From NCBI RefSeq assembly GCF_036971445.1, contig NC_091473.1, forward strand, positions 183,768,001 through 183,832,000: a stretch of 64,000 bases of DNA. The letters run 5' to 3'. This document shows positions 37,444 through 47,484 of this stretch, in pieces; within the stretch, counting starts at the first letter, position 1, and every line of letters begins with the position of its first letter. Made by a program: the position numbers and the translations under genes. The stretch comes from Narcine bancroftii (taxonomy: Eukaryota). The notes under the pieces were generated by a model. That model had not been told where the DNA came from, did not search any database, and saw only the letters and a list, made by a program, of their open reading frames with translations.

Positions 37444-40400
37444 AGAGATTGGAAGTGTTCTGACCATCGGTTGAGGATGGAGATCTTGTCGCTGAGGAGG
37501 ACTTTGCCGTCTGAGCTGCGCAGCGGGCTTTGGACTTGGGGTGAGGGGCCGTACACAGCCTTTAGAGCCTCGTAGAAACCCCTGAAGTCGCCAATGTCCG
37601 CGCTGAGCTGTGTTCGTTTGGCGAGGCTAGTCCACCACTCATTTTGGATCTCCCGGAGTTTGCGCTGAAGATGGCTGCATGCGCGACGGAAGGCTTGTTT
37701 TTTCTCTGGACAGGACGGCTTTGTAAGGTGAGCCTGGTGGGCAGCTCGCTTCTTTGCCAGCAGCTCCTGGATTTCCTGGCTGTTTTCGTCAAACCAGTCC
37801 TTGTTTTTCCTGGAGGAGAAGCCCAGTACCTCTTCAGTGGATTGCAGTATGGTAGTCTTCAACTGATCCCAGAGGGTTTCAGGGGACGGGTCCGTGAGGC
37901 GGGTTGCAACGTCGAACTTTGCTTTGAGGTTTGCCTGGAAGTTTCCTCTCGCTTCGTCTGACTGCAGTTTTCCAACATTGAACCTCTTTCTGGGGGCTTT
38001 ATTGTTCCTGGGCTTTGGCTTGAAGTGAAGGTTGAGCTTGCAGCGAACCAGCCGGTGGTCAGTGTGGCATTCCGCGCTAGGCATGACCCTGGTGTGGAGC
38101 ACATCTTGTTTGTTACTTTCTCGCACCAGGATGTAGTCCAGGAGGTGCCAGTGTTTGGATCGGGGATGCATCCAGGTGGTCTTAAGGCTGTCCCTCTGCT
38201 GAAAAAGGGTGTTTGTAATGACAAGCCGCTGTTCTGCGCAGAGCTCCAACAGGAGGCGCCCATTGTCGTTGCACTTGCCGACGCCATGCTTGCCCAGGAT
38301 TCCTGGCCAGGTTTCTGAGTCTTTGCCGACACGAGCGTTGAAGTCGCCCAGGATGACAACCTTGTCGGCTGTCAGTACCAACCGCTCAGTCCAAGATTCC
38401 GCCCTGCTCCAGCTCCCTCAACAGCCCCTAAGGCTAGAGCTGGATGAGGTTTCCCACCCTGGATGAGACATATAAGGCAATCGAACAACTGAAAAGTGGC
38501 AAAGCAGCAGGTATGGATGGAATCCCCCCAGAAGTCTGGAAGGCTGGCGGCAAAACTCTGCATGCCAAACTGCATGAGTTTTTCAAGCTTTGTTGGGACC
38601 AAGGTAAACTGCCTCAGGATCTTCGTGATGCCACCATCATCACCCTGTACAGCACCCTGTACAAAAACAAAGGCGAGAAATCAGACTGCTCAAACTACAG
38701 GGGAATCACGTTGCTCTCCATTGCAGGCAAAATCTTCGCTAGGATTCTACTAAATAGAATAATACCTAGTGTCGCCGAGAATATTCTCCTAGAATCACAG
38801 TGCGGCTTTCGCGCAAACAGAGGAACTACTGACATGGTCTTTGCCCTCAGACAGCTCCAAGAAAAGTGCAGAGAACAAAACAAAAGACTCTACATCACCT
38901 TTGTTGACCTCACCAAAGCCTTCGACACCGTGAGCAGGAAAGGGCTTTGGCAAATACTAGAGCGCATCGGATGTCCCCCAAAGTTCCTCAACATGATTAT
39001 CCAACTGCACGAAAACCAACAAGGTCGGGTCAGATACAGCAATGAGCTCTCTGAACCCTTCTCCATTAACAATGGCGTGAAGCAAGGCTGTGTTCTCGCA
39101 CCAACCCTCTTTTCAATCTTCTTCAGCATGATGCTGAACCAAGCCATGAAAGACCCCAACAATGAAGACGCTGTTTACATCCGGTACCGCACGGATGGCA
39201 GTCTCTTCAATCTGAGGCGCCTGCAATCTCACACCAAGACACAAGAGAAACTTGTCCGTGAACTACTCTTTGCAGATGATGCCGCTTTAGTTGCCCATTC
39301 AGAGCCAGCTCTTCAGCGCTTGACGTCCTGCTTTGCGGAAACTGCCAAAATGTTTGGCCTGGAAGTCAGCCTGAAGAAAACTGAGGTCCTCCATCAGCCA
39401 GCTCCCCACCATGACTACCAGCCCCCCCCACATCTCCATCGGGCACACAAAACTCAAAACGGTCAACCAGTTTACCTCTCTCGGCTGCACCATTTCATCA
39501 GATGCAAGGATCGACAATGAGATAGACAACAGACTCGCCAAGGCAAATAGCGCCTTTGGAAGACTACACAAAAGAGTCTGGAAAAACAACCAACTGAAAA
39601 ACCTCACAAAGATTAGCTTATACAGAGCCATTGTCATACCCACACTCCTGTTCGGCTCCGAATCATGGGTCCTCTACCGGCATCACCTACGGCTCCTAGA
39701 ACGCTTCCACCAGCGTTGTCTCCGCTCCATCCTCAACATCCATTGGAGCGCTCACACCCCTAACGTCGAGGTACTCGAGATGGCAGAGGTCGACAGCATC
39801 GAGTCCACGCTGCTGAAGATCCAGCTGCGCTGGATGGGTCACGTCTCCAGAATGGAGGACCATCGCCTTCCCAAGATCGTATTATATAGCGAGCTCTCCA
39901 CTGGCCACCGTGACAGAGGTGCACCAAAGAAAAGGTACAAGGACTGCCTAAAGAAATCTCTTGGTGCCTGCCACATTGACCACCGCCAGTGGGCTGATAA
40001 CGCCTCAAACCGTGCATCTTGGCGCCTCACAGTTTGGCGGGCAGCAGCCTCCTTTGAAGAAGACCGCAGAGCCCACCTCACTGACAAAAGGCAAAGGAGG
40101 AAAAACCCAACACCCAACCCCAACCAACCAATTTTCCCTTGCAACCGCTGCAATCGTGTCTGCCTATCCCGCATCGGACTTGTCAGCCACAAACGAGCCT
40201 GCAGCTGACGTGGACTTTTTACCCCCTCCATAAATCTTCGTCCGCGAAGCCAAGCCAAAGAAAAAAAAAAATATATATATATATATACCTACCTACATTC
40301 ACACATACATATAGTTTGTTGTCATTTTTGTTCTTGTAACATCTCTTCATCTCTCTGTCTGTTTTGTAGTTGTTCTGCAAATTTTCGTGCTTCCGGATCC

Positions 40401-43362
40401 GAGAATAGTTTGTTTTGCTGCCCCGGAATAACTATTTTAAGTACTGCTGGGTATTTTAACATAAATTTATAACCTTTTTTCCATAGGGTCATTTTTGCTG
40501 CATTAAACTCCCTCATCTTCTTCAGGAGTTCAAAACTTATATCTGGATATAAAAAAATTTTTTGACCCTTGTATTCCAATGGTTTTTTGTCTTCTCTTAT
40601 TTTCTTCATTGCCTTCTCCAATATATTTTCTCTTGTTGTACATCTTAGGAATTTTACTTGGTTTTTGTTGTGGTTGTGGTTTAGGGGCTAATGTTCTGTG
40701 TGCCCTTTCTATTTCCATTTCTTCCTGTAATTCTGGTCTTCCTAGGATCCTGGGGATCCATTCTTTTATAAATTCTTTCATATCTTTCTTTGCCTTCTTC
40801 ATCTTCCTTAAGGCCCACTATCTTTATATTATTTCTTCTATTGTAATTTTCCATTATATCTATCTTCTGAGCTAACAGCTCTTGTGTCTCTTTAACTTTT
40901 TTATTAGATTCTTCTAATTTCTCTTTTAAGTCCTCTACTTCCATTTCTACGGCTGTTTCTCGTTCTTCCACCTTGTCCACTCTTTTTCCTATATCTGTCA
41001 TGATCATCTCTAATCTATTCACTTTTTCTTCTGTACTTTTTATTCTTCTTTTTATTTCACTGAATTCTTGTGTCAACCATTCTTTTAATGTTTCCATATA
41101 TTCTTTAAAAAAATTTTATCCATGTACTTGCCCTTCCCTTCATCTTCCCTTTCTCTGTGTTCTTCCTCCTCTTCTTCTGAGTCCACTCCAGGATCTGTGT
41201 CCTTTACCTCTGTCTCTTCTGGTTTTCTTGTTGGGTTGTTTATTTTATTTTGTTGGGTATTTTTGGTCTTCTTATTTTTATTAAAAGTGTCTTGGTGTTG
41301 GTCTTCTTCCTCTGGGTTGGTCATCTGTTGTTTCTTTGATTTCTTATTTTATTCTCTTCCTTCTTGTTCTCGTTATTTTCTATGTTTTCCTCTTGCTGTT
41401 GTGTTGTAATTGCCTGTTTCAGCTGCGGAGATCTACTCCTCAGCTGGTCCCCCCTCCCGTCAGTGTTATTTTTGTCTTGCGCATCGCGCATGCGCGAATC
41501 CTCGCGCATGCACAGTTGCGCACTTTTGTTTGGCTCCGTGAGCCATTTTTGTAGTCCCGAGTTTGGGGCTTAGACTGACCTCTGGGAGCGGGCTTCTCTC
41601 TCCACGGCGGGCCTCCTCGTACCGGTAAGGCCTTCACCTTCTTCTTCCGACGTCTTTCCTTCTTCTTTCCTTCCCGTTGATTTTGGTTTTTCTTTCTTCA
41701 CTGCCATTTTCTCCACACTTTTACTTTCACTTTTTTATGGTTTTTATGTTTGTGCCTTTGTTTTTTCTCTATCTTTTTTTAACTTTTCTGGAGAGGGCTG
41801 GAGTTCCCCTACCGGCCACTACTCCATCACGTGACTCCTCCGAGTGGTGGTATGTTGATGTTCTCAAAATCTCCCTGTGTTTCCCATTCCGAATGTTTTG
41901 CCAGGTTGTCCCGAGACACTCTACCGCTCAGTCCACGAGAAGATCTTTACCCTGCCACCGGATTGCCTCCTATACCCAGCACATGACTACACGGGTGAGT
42001 GGCCAGTCTGCCCAGCCGCTTGCTAGCAGGGGAGAGGCTGTGTGGCCCATTCAGTTTACACCTACCGCTCCTCTCCAACCCACTGTCTCACCTTGTTGGG
42101 ACCTCTCCTCCCATCCCCAGCTCGTTGGGCCAAGATACCACCCCCTGGTTCCAGACAGTGTTGGGGGAGTGAATGGGTCCACCCAAGGGAGCTCGTCTCT
42201 TTTGGCTGAAACTAAGAGCCCACCCCATTTCCCCACCCCCCCCCAGCCTATCTAGACCTACCCTTGGCCCCCGAACCCCAACCTGATGTTTGGTGGTGTC
42301 ATAAGTTCCAGAGCTGGGAATTAGGGATAGCATTGACTTTGGAAGACTTTGTGAATGAGCATGAGTGCTGAAAGGCCTTATGTCCCAGTATAACAGGATC
42401 AGAGGGGCTAAATGGCCTCCTGACCTGGTGATACAAGAAAGAGTGGCTGAATGACCTCTTGTCCCAGTAATACAGGAGCAGAGGTGTTGAACAACCTCCT
42501 GTCCTGATGTAACATGGTAGAAGGGCTGTCCTGGTATAACAGGTGTAGAGGGGATGAATGGCCTTTCCCAGTGTAACAGGGGTAGAGGGACAGTCCAGGT
42601 GTGCAAACAGAGAGGGGCTGAATGGCCTGTCCCAGTGAAATAGGGGCAGAGGGGATGTTCCGGTGTAGCAGGTGAAGAGGGGAAGAATGGCCTCCTGCTG
42701 TCAGACACGATGTCCCTGTGCTCTCCCCGGCAGGACGGACGGTGACCACGGTAGAGGAAGAACGCAGCCACAATCCACGGCTCACCAAGTCTCTGCCGGA
42801 GTTCGTCACCATCATGAACAACCTCAACCTCCCGAAACCAAAGCAGATCGGTGAGGACCTGTCGGAAACATACCCCTGTCCCCATATGAAAACCGTTCCC
42901 ATCTGTGAACGCAGGGCCATCGAAAACACAGACCCATTAGAAACACACTCACAGACACACCCACACACTCATGACAATGGCCTGAATCTATTTTGTTTTT
43001 CTCCCCATGTTCCCATCATCCATCCCTTGTTCCCCTCTACCACCTCCACCACCATTGTCCCGCTCACATTCCCCTCAATTCCCCTCAATCCCACTCCCCG
43101 ACCCTTCTCCTCCCCCACCCCCTCTTCCTTCCCAAACTCTCTCCCCACCCCTTTTCTCTCCCCCCCACCCCTCCTCTCTCCCCCCCACCCCTCTCCCCCA
43201 TCCCTTCTCTCTCCCACATCCCTCTCCCCAACTCCTCTCCCTCTCCCCCACACTCTCTCCTTCTCTCTCCCCACTCCTCTCTATGCCTTTCTCCCTCCTT
43301 ATCCATCCACCCTGACAGATATCGCAGTTCCTGCCAACCTGCGTTGTGGGCTCCAGGAGTGA
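25912..43362 (+). CDS. ETHE1: Mitochondrial persulfide dioxygenase ETHE1 (metallo-beta-lactamase fold), 7 exons, ~272 aa
   Basis: Exons 25912-26055, 26480-26624, 29308-29456, 29966-30095, 41905-41994, 42734-42850, 43319-43362; all GT-AG, phases consistent, 819 nt. Motifs [47 protein letters not shown] and VPANLRCG. The Arg-rich N-terminus is consistent with a transit peptide. Confidence 0.97.
26480..26624 (+). CDS. ETHE1: ETHE1 exon 2
   Basis: [15 protein letters not shown]...IDPVLE. Confidence 0.95.
26655..29180. repeat. ~52-bp satellite array (~48 monomers) filling ETHE1 intron 2, with 104-bp and 259-bp higher-order repeats
   Basis: Monomer GTCAGACACAGAGTGAAGCTCCCTCCGCACCGTCCCATCACACACTCCCGGG; identical ORF translations at 28204 and 28463 (259-bp offset). 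Confidence 0.92.
29308..29456 (+). CDS. ETHE1: ETHE1 exon 3
   Basis: [15 protein letters not shown]. Confidence 0.96.
29966..30095 (+). CDS. ETHE1: ETHE1 exon 4
   Basis: [38 protein letters not shown]. Confidence 0.96.
30236..31957 (+). mobile_element. 5'-truncated, degraded L1-clade LINE (family B) with a nested CR1 tail at ~30873-31190
   Basis: [16 protein letters not shown] and [19 protein letters not shown]; AATAAA at 31947; related to 47485-52876. Confidence 0.8.
32195..33677 (+). mobile_element. 5'-truncated CR1 LINE (RT domain) inserted in the 52-bp satellite
   Basis: [27 protein letters not shown] and [18 protein letters not shown]; (TCTATG)-type 3' tail. Confidence 0.92.
34537..35590 (+). 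mobile_element. 5'-truncated young RTE-clade LINE nested in the L1
   Basis: LFADD region and C-terminal [21 protein letters not shown]; TSD AGTTTTTTT at 34528-34536 and 35591-35599. Confidence 0.9.
37440..40270 (+). mobile_element. RTE-clade LINE with a 5' inversion (APE part 37440-38371 on minus; RT part 38372-40270 on plus) nested in the (TA)n of the L1 inter-ORF spacer
   Basis: Minus strand: [18 protein letters not shown]. Plus strand: [29 protein letters not shown], then an A-tail. A 12-bp duplication lies at 38641 and a +1 C frameshift at ~39425. Confidence 0.92.
41905..41994 (+). CDS. ETHE1: ETHE1 exon 5
   Basis: [30 protein letters not shown]. Confidence 0.95.
42734..42850 (+). CDS. 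ETHE1: ETHE1 exon 6
   Basis: [37 protein letters not shown]. Confidence 0.95.
43319..43362 (+). CDS. ETHE1: ETHE1 exon 7 (canonical terminal exon, [14 protein letters not shown])
   Basis: acag acceptor, TGA stop; ATTAAA at 43510-43515. Confidence 0.93.
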
Positions 43363-44470
43363 TAAGAGCATGGGCGGGGTGGGGGGGGTGGATTAGTGGG
43401 AGTGAATTTCCCCAGATGTACAGGATTTCAGACCTGTCGTGGTGATCCCTGGTTTGAAACCCACGGTTCTGCCAGGTCTGTCTGTAGCTCTGAGATCCCC
43501 TGTTTGGTCATTAAATCTGTTCTCCAGTTACATAAACTCAATGTGTGTGGTTCTGCCCCACCTGGAGTCCTCTCCCACCCATTCCCAGCACCAGGGAGAT
43601 TCCTGAACCGGGAAGTGAAACCTGTTGGAAACGATGTCGGGAACAAGTTAAACTGGCTGACAGGCAGAAGCAGGAACACTGGGAAGACAAGTCATTGTTG
43701 GTGCCAAAATTCCCTCAATCCTGTGGGACCTTTCACTGACTGCCTCCCAGAGACAGGGAGGGTGTAGGGGACCAAAGGGGATTACAGAGACGGAGGGGTG
43801 TAGGGGACTGGAGGGGGTTACTGAGACAGGTAGGGGTGGAGGGGGTTACAGAGATAGGAAGGGGGGTAGGGGACTGGAGTGGATTTCAGAGAAACAGGGG
43901 TGGTGCAGGGGAGCTGAGGGTGTTACAGAGACAGGGAGGGGTGTTGGGGACTAGAGGGAGTTAAAGAGACAGGGAGGGGTGTAGGGGACTGGAGGGGGTT
44001 ACAGAGACAGGGAGGGGTGAGGGGACTGGAGGGGTTATATAGACGTGGAGGGTTGGATTAGATGTGTTGAGGAAGATTGGGAGAGGAATAGAGAGCAGGT
44101 TGGAGAGGAAGGGTGGGTGATGACGGGGGTGGGAGGGGTCAAGGGTGTGGGAGGGGGAGTGTACATCAACAGTGCACTGTGGGACTTCCCGAAAAGCTCA
44201 GTCCCGTGAAAGTGGAAAAGGGATGGCCTCCCATTCAATCGGTGTGAGATTAAACTTCATCCTCTCCGCTTCACTCTCTCTTCATTCTCCCTCTCCCCAA
44301 TCCTCCCTGTTCTCCCCTCATCTCCACCCCACCTCTCTCTTTGCACCACTTCCCTCCCCACCTCATCTCCTTCCTCCCTCCCTCTTTCCCCTCCTGCTCC
44401 ACCCAACCCTCCCCTGATCTCCCCCACCCCTCCCCTGATCCCCCCTCACCATTCTGCCCTACACCAGCAG

Positions 44471-44523
44471 ACATTGCAGGTTCTGACCACCTCCGCTGCG
44501 GATTATGGAACAACTGGGGGTGA
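44471..44523 (+). pseudogene. ETHE1: ETHE1 exon-7 duplicate, copy 2 (DIAGSDHLRCGLWNNWG*); possible alternative last exon
   Basis: Polypyrimidine tract plus cagcag acceptor in phase 1; homologous 3'UTR with ATTAAA at 44699-44704. Confidence 0.7.
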
Positions 44524-46042
44524 AGGTTCCCAGATGCGCGAGGGGCTGTCCAGCATCTCGGACCTGTTGCTGGGTTCTCTGGGGGATGGTGCGGTGGGAG
44601 AAGGAGCCATTCCCGATTCGCCTGCAGCTCCCCAGCTCTCCCGAAGCCTGATGTGCTGCCGGATCAGTGTCTGTGGCTCTAAGATCAGCTGTTTGGTCAT
44701 TAAACCTGTTCTCCCGTTACATGAACTCGAGGTGTGTGGTTCTGCCCCATCTGGTGTCCCACCCCCATCCCACCCATTCCCAGCACCAGGGAGATTCCTG
44801 AAACCGGGAAGTGAAACCTGTTGGAAACTATGTCGGGAACAAGTTAAACCGGCCGACAGGCAGAAGCAGGAACACTGGGAAGGCAGGTTAGTGCCGGTGC
44901 CAAAAATCCCTCAATTCTGTGGGACCTTCCACTGACTGCCTCCCAGAGACAGTGAGGGGTGTAGGGGACCGGAGGGGGTTACAGAGACGGGGAGGGGACT
45001 GGAGCGGGTTACAGAGATGGGGACAGGTGTAGGGGACCAGAGTGCGTTACAGAGACAGTGAGGGGTGTAGGGGACCAGAGGGGGTTACAGAGACAGGGAG
45101 GGATGTAGGGAACTAGAGATACATACAAAGACATGGAGGGGTATATGGTTTAGGAGGGGGTTATTAAAACAGGGAGGAGTGGAGGGGACCGGCAGGGGGT
45201 TGCAGAGACAGGGAGGGGTGTAGGGGACCGAAGGGGGTTACGGAAACAGGGAGGGATGGAGGGGACCATTGCGGGTTACAGAGACAGAGGGGGGTAGGGT
45301 ACCGGAGCAGGTTTCAGAGAAACCGAAGGGTGCAGGGGAGCTGAGGGGGTTACAGAGACAGGAAGGGGTGTAGGGGAGCAGATGGTGTTACAGACATGGA
45401 GGGGTGTAAGGAACTGGAAGGGGTTACAGAGACAGGGAGGGGTGTAAGGGACCGGAGGGGTTTACTGAGAGAGGGAGGGGTATAGTGAACCTGATGGGGT
45501 TACCGAGACAGGGAAGGGTGCTGCGGACCAGCGGGGGTAACAGAGACAGGGAGGAGTTTAGGCGACCAGAAGGAGTTACAGGGACAGGGAGGGGTGGGGA
45601 CCGGAAGGCGTTATGGAGACATGGAGGGGTGTAGGGGACCGAAGGGTGTTACAGAGACTGGGAGGGGTGAAGGGGACTGAAGGGGTTTACAGAGACTTGG
45701 AGGGTTGGATTAGGTGTGTTGAGGAAGATTGGGAGAGGAATAGAGGGCAGGTTGGAGAGGGAGGGAGGGTGGGTGATGACGGGGGAGGGAGGGGTCAAGG
45801 AGTGTACATCAATAGGACACTGGGACTTCCCGAAAAGCTCAGTCCCATTAAATTGGTGCGAGAGTAAACTTCATCCTCTCCACATCTCTCTTCATTCTCC
45901 CTCTCCCCAATCCTCTCTGTTCTCCCCCACCTCCCTCTTTGCTCCACTTCTCCCCCTCATCTCCTTCCTCCCTCCCTCTTTCCCCTCCTGCTCCCCCCAC
46001 CCCTCCCCTGCTCCCCCTCACCCTTCTGCCCTACACCAGCAG

Positions 46043-46380
46043 ACATTGCTGGTCCTGACAACCTCCGCTGCGGATTACGGGAACAACTGGGGGTGAAGTT
46101 TCCCAGGTGCGCGAGGGCTTGTCCAGATTCTCAGACCTGTTGCTGTGTTCTCTGGGGGCTGGTGCGGTGGGAGGAGAAGCCATTCACGATTCGCCTGCAG
46201 TCCCCCAACCCCCACCGCAGCTCTCCCGAAGCCCGATGTGCTGCCAGATCAGTGTCTGTGGCTCTGAGATCACCTGTTTGGTCATTAAACCTGTTCTCCA
46301 GTTACATGAACTCGATGTGTGTGGTTCTGCCCCACCTTGAGTCCCCTCGCACTCATTCCCAGCACCAGGGAGATTCCTGA
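46043..46380 (+). pseudogene. ETHE1: ETHE1 exon-7 duplicate, copy 3 (DIAGPDNLRCGLREQLGVKFPRC..., extended frame)
   Basis: cagcag acceptor in phase 1; frame stays open past ATTAAA (46284-46289) to TGA at 46380. Confidence 0.65.
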
Positions 46381-47278
46381 AACCGGGAAATGAAACCTGT
46401 TGGAAATTATGTCGGGATCAAGTTAAACCGGCCGACAGGAAGAAGCAGGAACACTGGGAAGGCAGGTGCCAAAAATCCCTCAATCTTGTGGGACCTTCCA
46501 CTGACTACCTCCCAGAGACAGGGAGGGGTCTAGGGGACCGGAGGGGGTTACAGAGTTAGGGAAGGGTGTAGAGGACCGGAGTGGATTACAGAGACAGTGA
46601 GGGGGGTATGAGACCGGAGGGGGTGACAGAGATAAGGTGGGGTGTTGGGGACCAGAGGGGGTTACAGAGACAGTGAGGGGTGTAGGGGACCAGCGGGGGT
46701 TACAGCGACAATGAAGGGTGCTGGGGACTGGAAGGGCTACAGAGACAGGAAGGGGTGTAGGGGCCTAGAGAGACATACAAAGACAGGGAGGGGTGTATGG
46801 TTCGGGAGGGGGTTATTAAAACAGGGAGGGGTGGAGGGTACCGGAGGGTGTTACAGTGACTGCGAGGGGTGAAGGGGAATGGAGGGGTTTGCAGAGACAT
46901 GGAGGGTTGGATTAGGTGTGTTGAGGAAGATTGGGAGAGGAATAGAGGGCAGGTTGGAGAGGGAGTATGGGTGATGACGGGGGAGGGAGGGGTCAAGTGT
47001 GTGGGAGGGAGGAGTGTACATCAACAGGACACTGGGAGTACCAGAAAAGCTCAGTCCCATGAAAGTGGTAAAAGGGATGGCCTTCCATTCAATCAGTGCG
47101 AGATTAAATTTCATCCTCTCTCCCTCTCCCCAATCCTCACTGTTCTCCCCCAATCTCCACCCCACCTCCCTCTTTGCTCCACTTCTCCCCCCACCTCATC
47201 TCCTTCCTCCCTCCATCTTTCCCCTCCTGCTCCCCCCACCCCTCCCCTGCTCCCCCTCACCCTTCTGCCCTACACCAG

Positions 47279-47484
47279 CAAACATCGCTGGTCCTGACTC
47301 CGCTCCGCTGGGAGTGGTTCCCCAGATGCGCGAGGGCTTGTTGTTGGGTTCTCTGGGGGCTGGTGCGGTGGGAGAAGGAGCCATTCCCGATTCGCCTGCA
47401 GCCCCCCAGCTCTCCCGAAGCCCGCTGTGTTGCCAGATCAGTGTCTGTGGCTCTGAGATCACCTGTTTGGTCATTAAACCTGTT
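47279..47484 (+). pseudogene. ETHE1: ETHE1 exon-7 duplicate, copy 4 (decayed, split by an L1; resumes at 52877)
   Basis: Distal AG mutated (cagcaa), LRCG lost; 3'UTR homology resumes after the L1. Confidence 0.65.

Larger units (their letters stand above)
34393..41841 (-). mobile_element. L1-clade LINE (family A), 5'-complete and 3'-truncated, with disrupted ORF1 (~41707-40322) and ORF2 APE (36971-35850); 15-bp TSD
   Basis: ORF1 [14 protein letters not shown] and ERAHR; ORF2 TLNINGI, QETH, GGDFN, SDH; TSD GAGTGGTGGTATGTT at 34378-34392 and 41842-41856. Confidence 0.92.
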
